From the NCBI GenBank assembly GCA_965261595.1, contig CBDHDG010000006.1:640001-704000 (forward strand): a stretch of DNA of 64,000 nucleotides. The letters run 5' to 3'. The notes beneath the pieces are model-generated. The model saw nothing but the letters and a program-made list of their open reading frames with translations. It searched no databases and was not told the origin of the DNA. Within the stretch, counting starts at the first letter, position 1. Each line of letters opens with the position of its first letter. The translations under genes and the position numbers were made by a program. Positions 50,605 to 62,300 of the stretch are shown here, in pieces. The DNA is from a bacterium. Its GTDB lineage: Bacteria > UBA8248 > JACPRG01 > G963555815.

Positions 50605-52282
50605 TCAACCGCCGGAGATGGGCAGACGGACCCGGAACCGCGTCTCGCCGGGTTTCGAGTCCAGCGTGACCTCGCCCTTGTGATTCTCGCACACGATGCG
50701 CTCTACGATCTGCAGCCCGAGGCCGGTCCCCTCGCCCACGTCTTTCGTCGTAAAAAACGGCTCGAATATCTTTGACTGAATCTCTTCGGGAATCCCCGGA
50801 CCGTTGTCGGTGACTTCCACGGTGACGGTCCCCCCCCCCGCCTCTTGCGCCGTTCGGAGGCGGATGATTCCTTTTGTTCCCGCGGCGTCGATGGCGTTGT
50901 CGATGAGGTTCGTCCACACCTGGTTGAGCTCCGCGCCGTAGGCGTCGATGGGCGGAAGGTCCGGGTCGAACTCCCGATGGACGACGATCTCATGCTTCCT
51001 CAACTTGTGGTCGAGGATGGTCAGGGTGTCTTCCAGGCCCTGATGGACGTCCACGTCCTGCCGGGGGGCCCGGTCCATGAATGAATAGGACTTGACCGCG
51101 GCCACGAGGTCCGAGATGCGCCGGGTCGCCCGGTTCGTCTCGCGGACCAGGGCGTCGGCCGCCAGGGAGCGCTCCAACCAGGAGAACGCGGCCACGTAGG
51201 CCTCCTCGGGCAGCGCCGCGGCCAAGGATTCCAGCGGCTCGACCGATAGTCCCACCTGCGAGAAGATCGGCGCCATCCTCCAGCCCTCCTCGATATCGTG
51301 GTCTTCCAGCCAATCGGAAATCCGGTCTTCCATCTCGCTCTGCCGCAAGGGGTCCACAGGGGCGGCGGTTTCCGGATTCGGCGCGGCCTCCCGCTTGACC
51401 CAAAAGATCCGCTCGAGCTGGTCCGGCGTCAGCGACTTGCGGGCGAGGGCCATGGAGTGTTCCGCGACCGAGCGCAGCACCTCCTTCAACTCCTGCGTGG
51501 CCCGGAGCGAAGCCGCCGCCGGGTTGTTCAAATCGTGGGCGATCCCGGCCGAGACCTTTCCCAGGGCGGCCATTTTCTCCTGCTGCTGGAACCGCAGCTC
51601 GTTCTTCGCCTTTTCGAGCTCCTGGGCGCGCTCGACCTCCGAATGATGCAGCCGGGCGTTGTCGATCGCGCCGGCGACCTGGTTGGCTGACGATGGTGAG
51701 GAGAATCTCGTCCAGCTCGTCGAACGCGTTGGCCTGGACGCGCTCCACGGCGTACACGCCCACGAGACCGTCTTTGACCACGAGCGGGATGGCAATCTGG
51801 CTTTGCGCGTCGGGCAGGCCCGGCAGCGACGCGGCCTCCTGGAGCTTGTCCGCCTGGCCAGCCGCCTCCATGCGCGCGCGAACGGCGGACAGGTACGAAA
51901 GCTGGGTCTGGATGTTCCCCATGCGCATCATGCGGCGCCTTTTGGCGACGACGCCGATGACGCCCTGGCCGACCTTGACCTCCGCCCCGATTCCCGCGCT
52001 CTCGTACCCCCGGCTCGCGGCGAGCGTCAGCAGCTCCCCGGCGGGATCGGCCAGGAGGATCATGCAGTGCTTGAACCCGAGCACCGCGCCCATGGAGTCC
52101 AGGATGATGTCCAGGAGCTTGCCGAGGTCGAGGGTGGAATTAATTTCCGAGGAGATTTGCCGGATGATGTTGACTTCTTTGGTCTTGCGATCGATTTCGG
52201 CGTTCAGGCCGTCGATCACCTTCTGGCGCCGTGCATCCCGCTCCGGGGCCGATTCGCCGTTCTCTTCTTGGGCCGCCATCAT
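50605..52282 (-). pseudogene. GAF-domain sensor histidine kinase with 1-bp frameshift
   Basis: GAF in ORF 50990-52348; 'GIAHDLNNP', 'QVWTNLIDNA', 'DNGPG', '[14 protein letters not shown]'; extra base near 51690 (mutation or sequencing error). Confidence 0.85.
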
Positions 52283-52384
52283 GTCCTTCCGTCCGGTCCC
52301 GCACGCAAGCCGAAACGCATGATCCATCCAACGCCCCACTTCAACCAACCCGCCGCTTTGCCGATGTCCGGCGGGAGGGGGCCC

Positions 52385-54056
52385 CTATTCGGTCGAAGTC
52401 CGGAGGCTCATCTTGCGCACGGAAGAGACCCGGTAAACATCCGCGGCCTGGAGCTTGAAGACGCCGCTCATCCCGGTCATCGAGGCGATGGCCTCGATCT
52501 GCATGTCCAGCTCGTCGAACATGGGTCCTTCGGTTTCGGAATGATCGAATTCCAGGTCCACGCGCCAAGTCTGAAGCGTTCCGGGATTTGTGACAAAGTG
52601 GACTTACCCCGGTTTCGTGGAGAGTTAAGCACTTGGGTTTTCAGGGTGTGCGTTGTTGTCTCCTTTCGTAGTTAACGGGTGACAGGTTGTCGATGGAGGA
52701 GTGCCGACGATGCGGGTTGTAGAAGCCCTCGATGAACCCGAACACCTCCATGCGCGCCTCGGCCCGGGTGCGGAAACTGTGGCGAGCGAGGAGCTCGCAC
52801 TCCAGCGTGGCGAAAAAGCTCTCACACAGCGCGTTGTCGTAGCAGTCCCCGACCGAACCCATGGAGGGACGCCCGCCCGCCTGCCGGCAGCGCTGCCCAA
52901 AGGCGACCGAGGTGTACTGCGTGCCCTGGTCGGAGTGGTGGATGACGGCCCGGGGACGGCGCTTATACAGCGCCATGTCGAGCGCGTCGAGCACCAACTC
53001 GGCCCGCAGGTGTGTGGCCATCGACCACCCCACGATGCGCCGGCTGAACGCATCGAGCGCCACGGCCAGATACAAAAACCCCGCCCATGTCGGAACGTAG
53101 GTGATGTCGGCCACCCACAGCCGGTCGGGGGCCTCGGCCGTGAAGTTGCGGTCCACCAGATCAGGGGCCGGCCGCGCCTCCTGCCGGCGCTGCGTCGTGC
53201 GCGCTCCCTTGCGCCGACTGACGCCCGCAAGTCCCGCCCCACGCATCAGCCTGGCGACGCGCTTGCGGCCCACACGCACTCCCTCAGCCTCCAACTCGGC
53301 ATGGACGCGCGGCACGCCGTAAGTCCCCCGAGAACGCTCGTGGATCGCCTGAATGCGTTTGGTGAGCGCCCGATCGGCACACGAGCGGGCACACGGCGCG
53401 CGCCTGCGCCACGCGTAGTAGCCGCTGGAGGAGACGCCCAGCACCCGGCACATGGTGGCGGTCCGATACATGGCCTGGTTCGCCCTCACGAACCCGTAGA
53501 TCCGGACGGGATCGAATCGGTCTCCCGAGCAAACCAGGCCGCGGCTTTTGCTAAGATCTCCCGCTCCTGGCGGAGCTGTCGGTTCTCGCGGCGAAGTCGG
53601 CGCAACTCCTCCCGCTCATCGCTCGTGAGCCCGTCTTTGCGACGCCCCTCGTCAACGTCGGCTTGATGGGCCCAGGTGCGGATCGTCTGCGCCGAGGGCT
53701 CGAACTCGTGCGCCAGCGCCTCGGGCGTGCGTCCCGCCCGGACCAACTCTACCATCTGGCAGCGGAACTCCATTGGATAGCGTGGGTGAGTCTGTGGCAT
53801 CGTGAACACCTCCTTTACCCCCAAATCATCAGGTGTCCACCAAACCGGGTCAACTCCAAAGGACCATCGCGTAAGGGTTCTCTCGGATGTTCCGGTGGGT
53901 CTTGTTGAAGAACTGGTGGGTGAGGGCCACGTGCGATTCATCGACGTAATAGACCTGAGAGAGGAATGTCGCGTTCGGGACCCCCTGGGACGAGGCCGTA
54001 ATGATGGCGGATGGAATGACCCCCTGCAAGGCGGGCTTGATCTCGTCGGGAAGCAT
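52385..54056 (-). pseudogene. PNPOx-like (split-barrel) protein interrupted by IS3 element A
   Basis: N-half 'QGVIPSAIITAS..GVPNATFLSQVYYVD..HVALTHQFFNKT..NIRENP'; C-half 'ETEGPMFDELDMQIEAIASMTGMSGVFKLQAADVYRV'. Confidence 0.82.
52599..53858 (-). mobile_element. IS3-family element A, copy 2 (orfA 53486-53800, orfB 52641-53489)
   Basis: Near-identical to 23138-24397; 3-bp TSD AAG. Confidence 0.95.
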
Positions 54057-54105
54057 GGTGATCGGACCTCCGGATGGGGTTCAACCGGGTCGGGGCGGCT
54101 GATGG

Positions 54106-54580
54106 CTATGGATTGGGAATGAATTCGATTTTATCGCCCGCGGCCGGGCCCGGCGTCTGATCGAAGACTTCCTCCAAACGAAACGACACCGCCGTGGAAG
54201 GGTCGTACACCATGCTCCCGAAATATCCTTCCGGCACGCCCAATGGGGTGTAGTGTGCGATCGCCTTCTCCCTGTAGGCGTCTTGAAAGGCCTTTTCCCC
54301 ATCGTCCACCGGCCGCGCTTCGATAAGCCTCCCCTTGACCTGGTAGGTCTCGTGGCTGCCGCCTTGGGACGCCGTGACGGCGACCCGGCCGTTCTCCCTC
54401 AGATCCCGCAGGACGTCCTCGCCCTCCACGTCGGGCAGGAAGAACGTGATGACGTCTTTTTCCGCGTCGGCGGTCAAACCAAAAGCATACGCGCCGGATG
54501 GCCGCAACGCCTCGCTCGCCGTTCCGACAAGCAACACCACCAGACCCGGTCAGAAACTCCACCAGCTTGTCAGGAATCAC
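54106..54580 (-). pseudogene. PNPOx-like FMN-binding protein, frameshift near 54540
   Basis: 'MIPDKLVEFL..', 'VGTASEALRP', 'LRENGRVAVT...HETYQVKG', 'VFDQTPGPAAG'. Confidence 0.75.
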
Positions 54581-54866
54581 ATCCCCCTCCCCTTCCTTCC
54601 TGTAGGGACGGGCCGCGCGGAGGCCAATCGCTTCCGGGACCCCGGTCCTCGATAACGACCCGATCGATCAAACGCCATTCCATGACAGGTTCGCGTCTTT
54701 CCCGAACTCCGGCCCGGCCCCGGGCAACCCGTTCCGCGCGGTTTTCAATATTTCACTTTTCCCAACCGGGAGGTCCGGGCGCGATTGGGAAACATTAAAT
54801 GGATGGCCGTTCGAGCGCAAGACCGGAGGCGGTCCCGTCCCGCGCCGCCCGAACCTTCAAATCCCA

Positions 54867-56360
54867 TCACGCTTGATCGAATGGAATGGCCGAATATTTC
54901 CGCGAGACCGCGTGGAGGTGCGGGCGCAGCGACTCCGCCTCGGCCACGGCCTCGGGAAGATTCTCCCGGAGCCGCCTGGCCGCCCCTTCGACGATTCGGA
55001 GCATCTCCTCCCGATCCGCCACGAGGGCGCGCCCGTCCCGGACGACCTCTTCCCCCTCGATGAAGACGCTCTCGACCGACTCTCCGTCCTCGGCGAAGGC
55101 CAGGGCGCTCACCGGGTCGAGCCAGGGCTCGAAGTTGAGCGTCCGGTCCAGGACAACGAGGTCCGCCTGCTTCCCGGTCTCGAGGGTCCCCAGCTTATCC
55201 TCCATCAACATCACCGCCGCCCCGCCCCGGGCGGCCATGCGGAGGGCCTCGAAGGGCGAGACCCCGCGCGCTGCGTCCCCGTCCCGGACGCAATGGATCA
55301 GCGCCGCGAGGCGGGCCTGATAGAAGACGCTCCCCTTGTCGCTGCTGTTCGCCCCGTCGATGCCGAGGCCGACCGGGACCCCGGCGTCCAGGAACTTCCG
55401 CACGGGGGCGATCCCGCTCCCCAGCTTGAGGTTCGAGCCGGGATTGTGCGCCACCCGGCACCCGTTCTCCGCCAGGAGCTGAACGTCCGAATCGGTGACC
55501 CAGACGGCGTGGGCGAAGGACGTCCGGGGAGTGAGATAGCCCAGGCCGTGAAGATGCTCGGGGATGGTTTTCCCATACACGCCTTGCGCGTGATGGGCCT
55601 GTGTCTTCGTCTCCAACAGATGGGTGTGAAGGGGGACATCCCGTTTTTCCGCAAGCTCCATGCACCCGAGAAGAAACCGGTCCGTGGACCGCTGGGGCGC
55701 GGACGGCCCTACCGCCCCTGTGATCCGGGAGGACCCGGCGGACTCGGCCTTATCGAGGGCGGCCTCGGCGCGCTCCAAGAGGAGCTCCGCGGAGGGGGCC
55801 GTGTCCGCTTCGAGCAGCTCGCGGAGGGGACCCGGCAAACCGGCCAAATCGATGGGCATCTCCTCGCGTCTCGTCTTGTCGGCAAGCAAGGGGCAAAGCA
55901 CCGCCCGCAATCCGGTCGCCCGGTAGGCGTCGATCACGGCGTCCAGCCGCTCGTCAACGGCGGCCGGCCCGGCCGACATGTGGTGAAGACCAGCTGTGAC
56001 GCCGTTCTCCAGCATCTCGACACAGGCGAGCGTCACGAAGGCCGTGAACTCCTCCTTGGACAAATTCAAGTACTTGACGGCGGAGACCTTGAAGGGGAGC
56101 CATGGCTCGAGGGGCAGGGAGTGGCTCAGGCTTCGCACAGCCATCTCTTCGAAGTGGCAGTGGCAATTGACCGTGCCCGGAAGGACAAGCCGCCCCCCGA
56201 GGTCCCGGACGGGCCCGGTGAAGTCCGCCGGCATTTCCAGGTTCGGCCCGACGGCCTCGATGACGCCCTCCCGGACAAGGATCGCGCCCCCTTCGATCAC
56301 CTCGTCTTCCCGGGCCAACGTGATGATGACGCCGTTTTTGAGAAAGAGGTCGCCCGCCAT
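54867..56360 (-). CDS. Amidohydrolase family protein (AtzA/MtaD-like)
   Basis: 'PGTVNCHCH', 'GPSAPQRST', 'HTHLLET', 'FAHAVW', 'HNPGSNLKLGSG', 'GIDG'. Confidence 0.9.
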   Translation of the reverse strand: MAGDLFLKNGVIITLAREDEVIEGGAILVREGVIEAVGPNLEMPADFTGPVRDLGGRLVLPGTVNCHCHFEEMAVRSLSHSLPLEPWLPFKVSAVKYLNLSKEEFTAFVTLACVEMLENGVTAGLHHMSAGPAAVDERLDAVIDAYRATGLRAVLCPLLADKTRREEMPIDLAGLPGPLRELLEADTAPSAELLLERAEAALDKAESAGSSRITGAVGPSAPQRSTDRFLLGCMELAEKRDVPLHTHLLETKTQAHHAQGVYGKTIPEHLHGLGYLTPRTSFAHAVWVTDSDVQLLAENGCRVAHNPGSNLKLGSGIAPVRKFLDAGVPVGLGIDGANSSDKGSVFYQARLAALIHCVRDGDAARGVSPFEALRMAARGGAAVMLMEDKLGTLETGKQADLVVLDRTLNFEPWLDPVSALAFAEDGESVESVFIEGEEVVRDGRALVADREEMLRIVEGAARRLRENLPEAVAEAESLRPHLHAVSRKYSAIPFDQA

Positions 56361-56530
56361 TTTACGCCTCCCGAAGGGGTTCACAGTGTGATTGCGAAGA
56401 GAGTCGGATGGAACGTCAAGCCCCGATTCTGACCTTCCCCCCCTTGGGTTGTCAAACGATCCGCCAAGATGCCGCCGCCCGAAGATTCGGTCCCGCGGCG
56501 CCCCCTCAGGACGGCCCCCTTTAAGATCGA

Positions 56531-57991
56531 TCAATCCTCCGTTTGGGGGTTGTCCGGTTCCTTCGTTTCGGGCTTTGGCTTGAGGACGCGTAGGCCGACG
56601 AGGAGGTCCACGACCTGGCGGCGGTGGAAGGCCAGGAAGATCAACAAGGCCCCGGCCAGGACGCCGCACCCGGCGAGCCGTCCCGCCCAGCACGGGCGCC
56701 CAAAGCGGCGGCCAAACCCCCGCCCGGCGGCGCACGAACCAGGGGGCGAGCAACAGGATCACCCCCTCGCTCGCCACCGTCGCCCACGCCGCGCCCTGCC
56801 CGCCCCAGCGGGGAATCCAAAGCAGGTTGAGGACGACCTTGAGCCCGGCGGCGACGATGCGGCTGGTCAAAAACCCCGGCCCCTGGATCCCGACGGCCAC
56901 CATCGCGTGGGCGAAGGCATTGTTGAGGTAAATGAGGAACGCGGCGACGGCCAGGATTCTCAGGATCCCGACCGCCTCGGTGAACCGGGGACTGATGAGG
57001 TGGTAAATGAGGTCGGGCGCCAGGACCACCATCGCCCCGCCCGCCAGCGCGCCCAGGAGCGCCATGTAACTGATCGTTTGGCGGTAGACGTAGCCGAAGG
57101 CGGCCCCTCCCCTTCCCCCCCCCCTCCCCCCCCCTCCCCCCCGGGCTGGGTCCATCGCTCGGCCAGCAGGGGGGCCAGCGAGCTCATCATCAGGCCCGAG
57201 CCCAGGAGCGCCATATCGATGAAGCGGTGCGCCGCCGCGTACTGGCCGACCGCCTCCGATCCCTGGAGCCGGTCCAGCATGAGCTGGTCGACCTTGAAGT
57301 AGACGATCCACAAAATCCCGGTGAGGCCGACCACGGCCGACTCGCGCAGGATGAACCGGGTCCGTTCCCGGTCCCAGGTCCACACGAACGGCGCAAACGC
57401 TCTCCAGCGCAGGTAAAGCAGCGCGGCGCGCGGGACGCGCACGAACAGGTGGGCGACGATGAGCCATTCCAGCGGCCAGCCCGCGGCCTGTCCGGTCAGG
57501 ACGATCCCCAGGGTCAGGAGCTGAGAGCAGACCGAGGCGATGGCCACGCTGCCCCCGCGCAGGCGGGCCTTGTGGGCGATCTCGAAGGTGTCGAACGCGG
57601 CGACGAAATGGGTGAGGAGCAGGGCGATCACGGCCCCGGTGTAGGCGGGCGGAAATCCCCGGGACAGGATGTAGAGCGTCCCGACCCCGACGGCCCCTGC
57701 GGCGAAGAGCAGCTTGAGGACGATCCCGGCGGTGAGCAGGGCGTTGGCGTGTTTTTCGTCCTTGGCGAGATCCCGGATGAGGATGGTGTCGAACCCGAAG
57801 TTGACGAGAACGCCGGTGAAGCTCAGGAAGACGAACGCCAGGGCGTACTGTCCGTACCCGGCGACGCCCAGGTGCCGGGCAAGGGCGCGGGCGATAAAGA
57901 TCCCGATCAGGGCGTTGACGACCACCCCGAGGGTGAGAAAAGACGTGCTCGCGAAAATCCGGGTCTTGGCCCCGACGGGGTCTCGGTTCAA
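56531..57991 (-). pseudogene. Wzx/MOP-family polysaccharide flippase with apparent frameshifts
   Basis: 'ARHLGVAGYGQY', 'DQLML...AVGQYAAA', 'LNLLWIPRWG.QGAAWAT'; frame breaks in poly-C near 57110-57140 and near 56680. Confidence 0.75.
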
Positions 57992-58117
57992 CGGCCGGTC
58001 ATCCTCAGCGTGGAGAATGGCGGAAATCCCGGGGCCGATGCCGTCCGCCTCGAACGCGGCGCCGGGATAGAGGCGGGAACCCCAATATACGGTGTTCGCG
58101 ACCCATTGCCCACCGCC

Positions 58118-59017
58118 TCAAGCCAAGATCACCCAAGCGCCGCCGCCCACGGTGAGAAGGCCGCCGAAGATCACCCTGCGCGACACCCGCTCCAACCGCC
58201 GGAGCATGAGAACGGAGAACAGGATGACAAACAGGGGCGAGGTCTGGACCAGTGTAAATACGATCGGGACCTGCCCGAGGCTGACCGCATAGAAAACGCT
58301 GTACAAAGCCACCATGGCCGTCAGCCCCGCCGGCGCGATCCAAGGCCATGCGCGGCGCGCGTCGAAGCGGAACCGGTTCTCCCGGGGAAAAAGGAAGGCC
58401 AGGAGCGGGTAGAAGAGCAGGCCCTCCGTGACCCCCACCCAGGCCCCGAGGAGGGGAGAGGGCACATGCGTCATGCTGATCTTGAAAATGTTCGATGCAA
58501 TCCCGCCGGACACCCCGGCAAGGAGCGGGAAGACGGCGCCGATCCCCCCTCCCCAAGCGGAAAGTTTCCCCGGAGCGGCCGGGCGCTTTTCGGGTTTCTC
58601 GGCAGAGATCGTGATGATCCCTGTCATGGCCAAGCCGATTCCCAGGTAGTGAACCGGCGTCAACCGCTCGCCCATGACAACCACGGCGAAGGCGGTCGCG
58701 AAGATCGGGCCCGACCCCTTGATGGGCGCCGAGCGGGCGACGCCGATCCGCTGGATGCCGAGCAGATAGAAGGTCAAAAAAAGAACGGGGTTCAAAAAAC
58801 CCGCCAGGGCGAACCAGAGAAAGCCGGTGAGCGTGAGGGCGGAAAACAGGCCCCCCGCCAGCGCCAGGGCCGTAAAGCCCACCCACTCCACCGCCGCCGT
58901 GGCGATGCACGCCGAGATCGGCGTGGCGAACCGCAACGCGTTTCTGAGGCAGATATCGCTCAGGGCGTAGAACAGGGCCGCGATAAGGGCGGCGAGGATC
59001 GCGGGGGTGGGAGTCAT
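58118..59017 (-). CDS. EamA/DMT-family transporter
   Basis: About 10 TM helices in two repeats; 'GVARSAPI..SGPIF....MGERL', 'TSPLFVILFS'. Confidence 0.88.
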   Translation of the reverse strand: MTPTPAILAALIAALFYALSDICLRNALRFATPISACIATAAVEWVGFTALALAGGLFSALTLTGFLWFALAGFLNPVLFLTFYLLGIQRIGVARSAPIKGSGPIFATAFAVVVMGERLTPVHYLGIGLAMTGIITISAEKPEKRPAAPGKLSAWGGGIGAVFPLLAGVSGGIASNIFKISMTHVPSPLLGAWVGVTEGLLFYPLLAFLFPRENRFRFDARRAWPWIAPAGLTAMVALYSVFYAVSLGQVPIVFTLVQTSPLFVILFSVLMLRRLERVSRRVIFGGLLTVGGGAWVILA

Positions 59018-59382
59018 GAATCACTCGAACGCCGCGGCGCGGCGGAAAGGGGTGGAGCGTTCTCCGGTGACGGAAAACGCCCGAATCGGTTCTTGTCGCC
59101 GGCTGATGGGTTGGCCGAACGGCCTTGAACCGGCCCCAGAGGTCTCCAGGCACGGTATCGAATGGAGGGAAATTTTGTCAAGCGCCGATTTCGCAAGTGA
59201 AACGACATCTTCCTCAAGGGGTTTTGCGATTACTCTTCCTTTGAGATAATGTCCGTGAAGGAAGGGAAAGGGGTGCAGATGGGCGATTTGCGTCGTAACC
59301 TGATCATTCAAGACCTAACCCCCTTTATTTCCTGAACTAGGTTCTTGAGGCCCAACCAATGCCTCGCGAGAACACGTATAAA

Positions 59383-62300
59383 CCCGCATTTCCCATATGG
59401 ATGATAATTTTTAACGCCCCGAAGGCCGTTTTCTCGTGTAAAATCAAGGTGTTGGCCTCTCCCTGCCATCATCTTGCGAGGGGACCCGATGGGTGAAGCG
59501 AAAAAGAGGCCGTTGAGGCTCCAATTCGACGGTCGGCTCAGGCTGGAGTTTCACGGAGCAAAGGTTACGAGTGACGCCGGTTTGCTTGCCTATCGTGAAC
59601 TGGATGAGGTGTTGGGGCTGACGAAGGCGGCCGAGGGGTTTCTGTCCGATTCACGGACGGGCGGGAACACCCGGCACAGCCTCACCGCTTTGGTGCGCCA
59701 GTCGGTCTACAGCCGCCTGGCAGGATATAAAGACACCAATGATGCCGAGCGGCTCTGTGTCGATCCCGCCATGCGTCAGGTGGTTGGGGGGCGAGCGAAG
59801 TATCACACCGCTGCCTCCACCAGCCAGATGAGCCGATTCGAGACGCAGACCCTCACCCGGCCCCTTAACCCCTCAAGGCGCTGAGCGGTCTGCCCGGTGT
59901 GTTGGTGGATCGTGTCCGCAAACGCAAGCCGATTCGCAAGCTGATCCTGGACATGGACAGTTCGGTCAGCCCGACCCACGGTGAGCAGGAAGGCTCTTCC
60001 TACAACGGCCACTTCGGCTGCACCTGCTATCACCCACTGTTTTGCTTCAACTGGACCGCCCCTGGGTTATTGGACACTCGGGTGAGGGTATTCGACCTCA
60101 TGCGGCCTCCGCAACTTGAGCGAGTTTTTCCTGCCTTGCCTGGGCCGGCGTTCGGTAGCCGTAGCCCTCGAGAATCCAATGATGGTTGTACAGGTTCTTG
60201 AACTCAAGCAGCGCCCACCGCAGTTCCTCTACGGTGGCGAAAGAGCGCACCCACAGGAGATTCTCCTTCAAGATGCGGATGAACCACTCACAGTAGCCAT
60301 TTCCCTCGGGCGCCCGCACGAAGCTGGGCGAACTGGTCATGCCCAGGTAGGCGATCTCCCGCTGAAAGTCATCGGACAGATAGGCGGGGCCGTGGTCGTG
60401 ACGAACTTTAAGCCCCTCGGCGACGTCCGCCTCCAAGCCGGCGAAGCGCTCGGCGACCCCCTGCCGGATCGGCTCCAGGGCCTCGAAGCGGTTGCCGCTC
60501 TTGGCCGCATGGATCCCCACGCAGTCCACCGAGCAGTGATCCACCGCCACGAACACCGAGGCCATCCCCTCCTCGGTGGTCACCGTCGTCGTCATGTCCG
60601 TGCCCCACATTCGGTCGGGCCGCTCGGTGCGGATGGTCCCGTTGTGGGCCTTGGGACCTCGGGGTTTGCCCACCCGGTGGGGGGCCTGAAGCCCCGCCTC
60701 CCGCATCAGGCGACGCACCCGCTCCTTGCTGGTGCGGATGCCCGCGAAGCGCAGCCTCGCCCACACCTTGCGGTAGCCCTCGCCATGGAAGGGAGAGTCC
60801 TCCAGGACCTGCCGGATGTGGCCGAGGAGTTCCGCATCGGTGCACGGGCCCACAGGGCCGCGCTTATTGGGCGTGGGGCGTTCATGAACGGGGACCGCCT
60901 CTCGCCGCCGTTGCGCGTAGACCGTGGAGCGCGCCAAGCCCCAAAGGGCGCACACCCGCTTCAGGCCGTAGGCTCTGCCCGTGGAGGTGAAGCGGGCCTG
61001 ACTCATCGCCTCCACCTCCTGCCGGCTAAAGGGCGGCCGGCCTCCAGGCGGTCGATCTTCTCCCGCAGGACCTCGCCCTCCATCGTGAGTTCGCCCACCT
61101 TGGCCTTGAGCCGGGCGTTCTCCTCGTCCCGCTCATCCGCCGGGCGGGCTTTGAGCGCCGCCTCGCCCCCGCGAAGGAACGCCTCGCGCCAGGCGGAAAG
61201 CCGAGCCGCTGTCGTGCCCAACTCGCGGCAGAGCGTCTCCAGGCTCTCGCCCCGCAAAAGACGCAGGACCGCCTCCCGCTTGCGCTGGCAGGAGAACCGA
61301 CCCCGCTCACTGCGATGCCCTGGGGCCTTGGCTCCGTTCGCCCTGCGGGCGCCCTCCGCCAAAGCCCCCTCTTGCTTTTGTTCGTTCATCGCGACACCCC
61401 TTTCTCCATGAATCATGGATCAATCGAGTGTCCAACAAAACCCTAGAGCGGGGGACAACCAGTTTGGCGATCTGGAGCGGGCGCTGTTGCGCAACGGCAA
61501 GGTCCACAGCGCTGATGACTGGTGGTCTGTATTGGAGCCGGTGGTAGCTCGCTACCGGGATGCGAAGGTCTGTCGGTTTTTTCGAGGCGACGCGGCATTT
61601 GCCAAGCCGGAGGTGTACCGATACCTTGAGGCGGAGGGCTACTCCTATGCGATTCGGCTTCCGGCCAACGCCATCTTGTACAGGGACATCGAATACCTTC
61701 TGACCCGGCCGGTTGGCCGACCGCCCAAAAGGCCCATTATCTTCTACCACAGCGTCTCCTATCAGGCGGCTAGTTGGGAGAAGCCTCGCCGGGTGGTGGT
61801 GGCGGTCGAGTGGCACCAGGGCGAGTTGTTTCCAAGAGTCAGCTTCATCGTGACCAACCTGCACTGGCGGGAAGAGAACGTCGTGAGGTTCTACAACCAG
61901 CGTGGGACGGCGGAGCAGTGGATCAAGGAGGGCAAGTACGCCCTGAACTGGACGCGCCTGTCCTGCCACGGCTTTGAAGAGAACCAGGTTCGCTTGCAAC
62001 TATTTGCCTTGGCGTACAACCTGGCAAACTTCCTGCGGCGGCTGGCGTTGCCCAGAGCGGTGAAGCACTGGTCGCTGACGACGTTACGCGAGAAGCTGAT
62101 TAAGATTGGGGCCAAGGTGGTCACCCACGCCCGGCACACCACCTTCCAGATGGCCGAGGTGGCCGTGCCGCGTCAACTGTTCAGGGCAATCCTTGAACGA
62201 ATTCGACGGTTGTGGTTACCGCCTCCCGTACCAGATACCGGATGACGGAGCAGATGGCCCGGAAGCTTAGTGACGTGGTGGAGACGGGGGATCAGTCTGT

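Noticed and set aside
54867..57467. 866-aa flippase-amidohydrolase fusion ORF
   Set aside because: Produced by frameshifts in the flippase; the amidohydrolase has its own GGAGG and ATG at 56360
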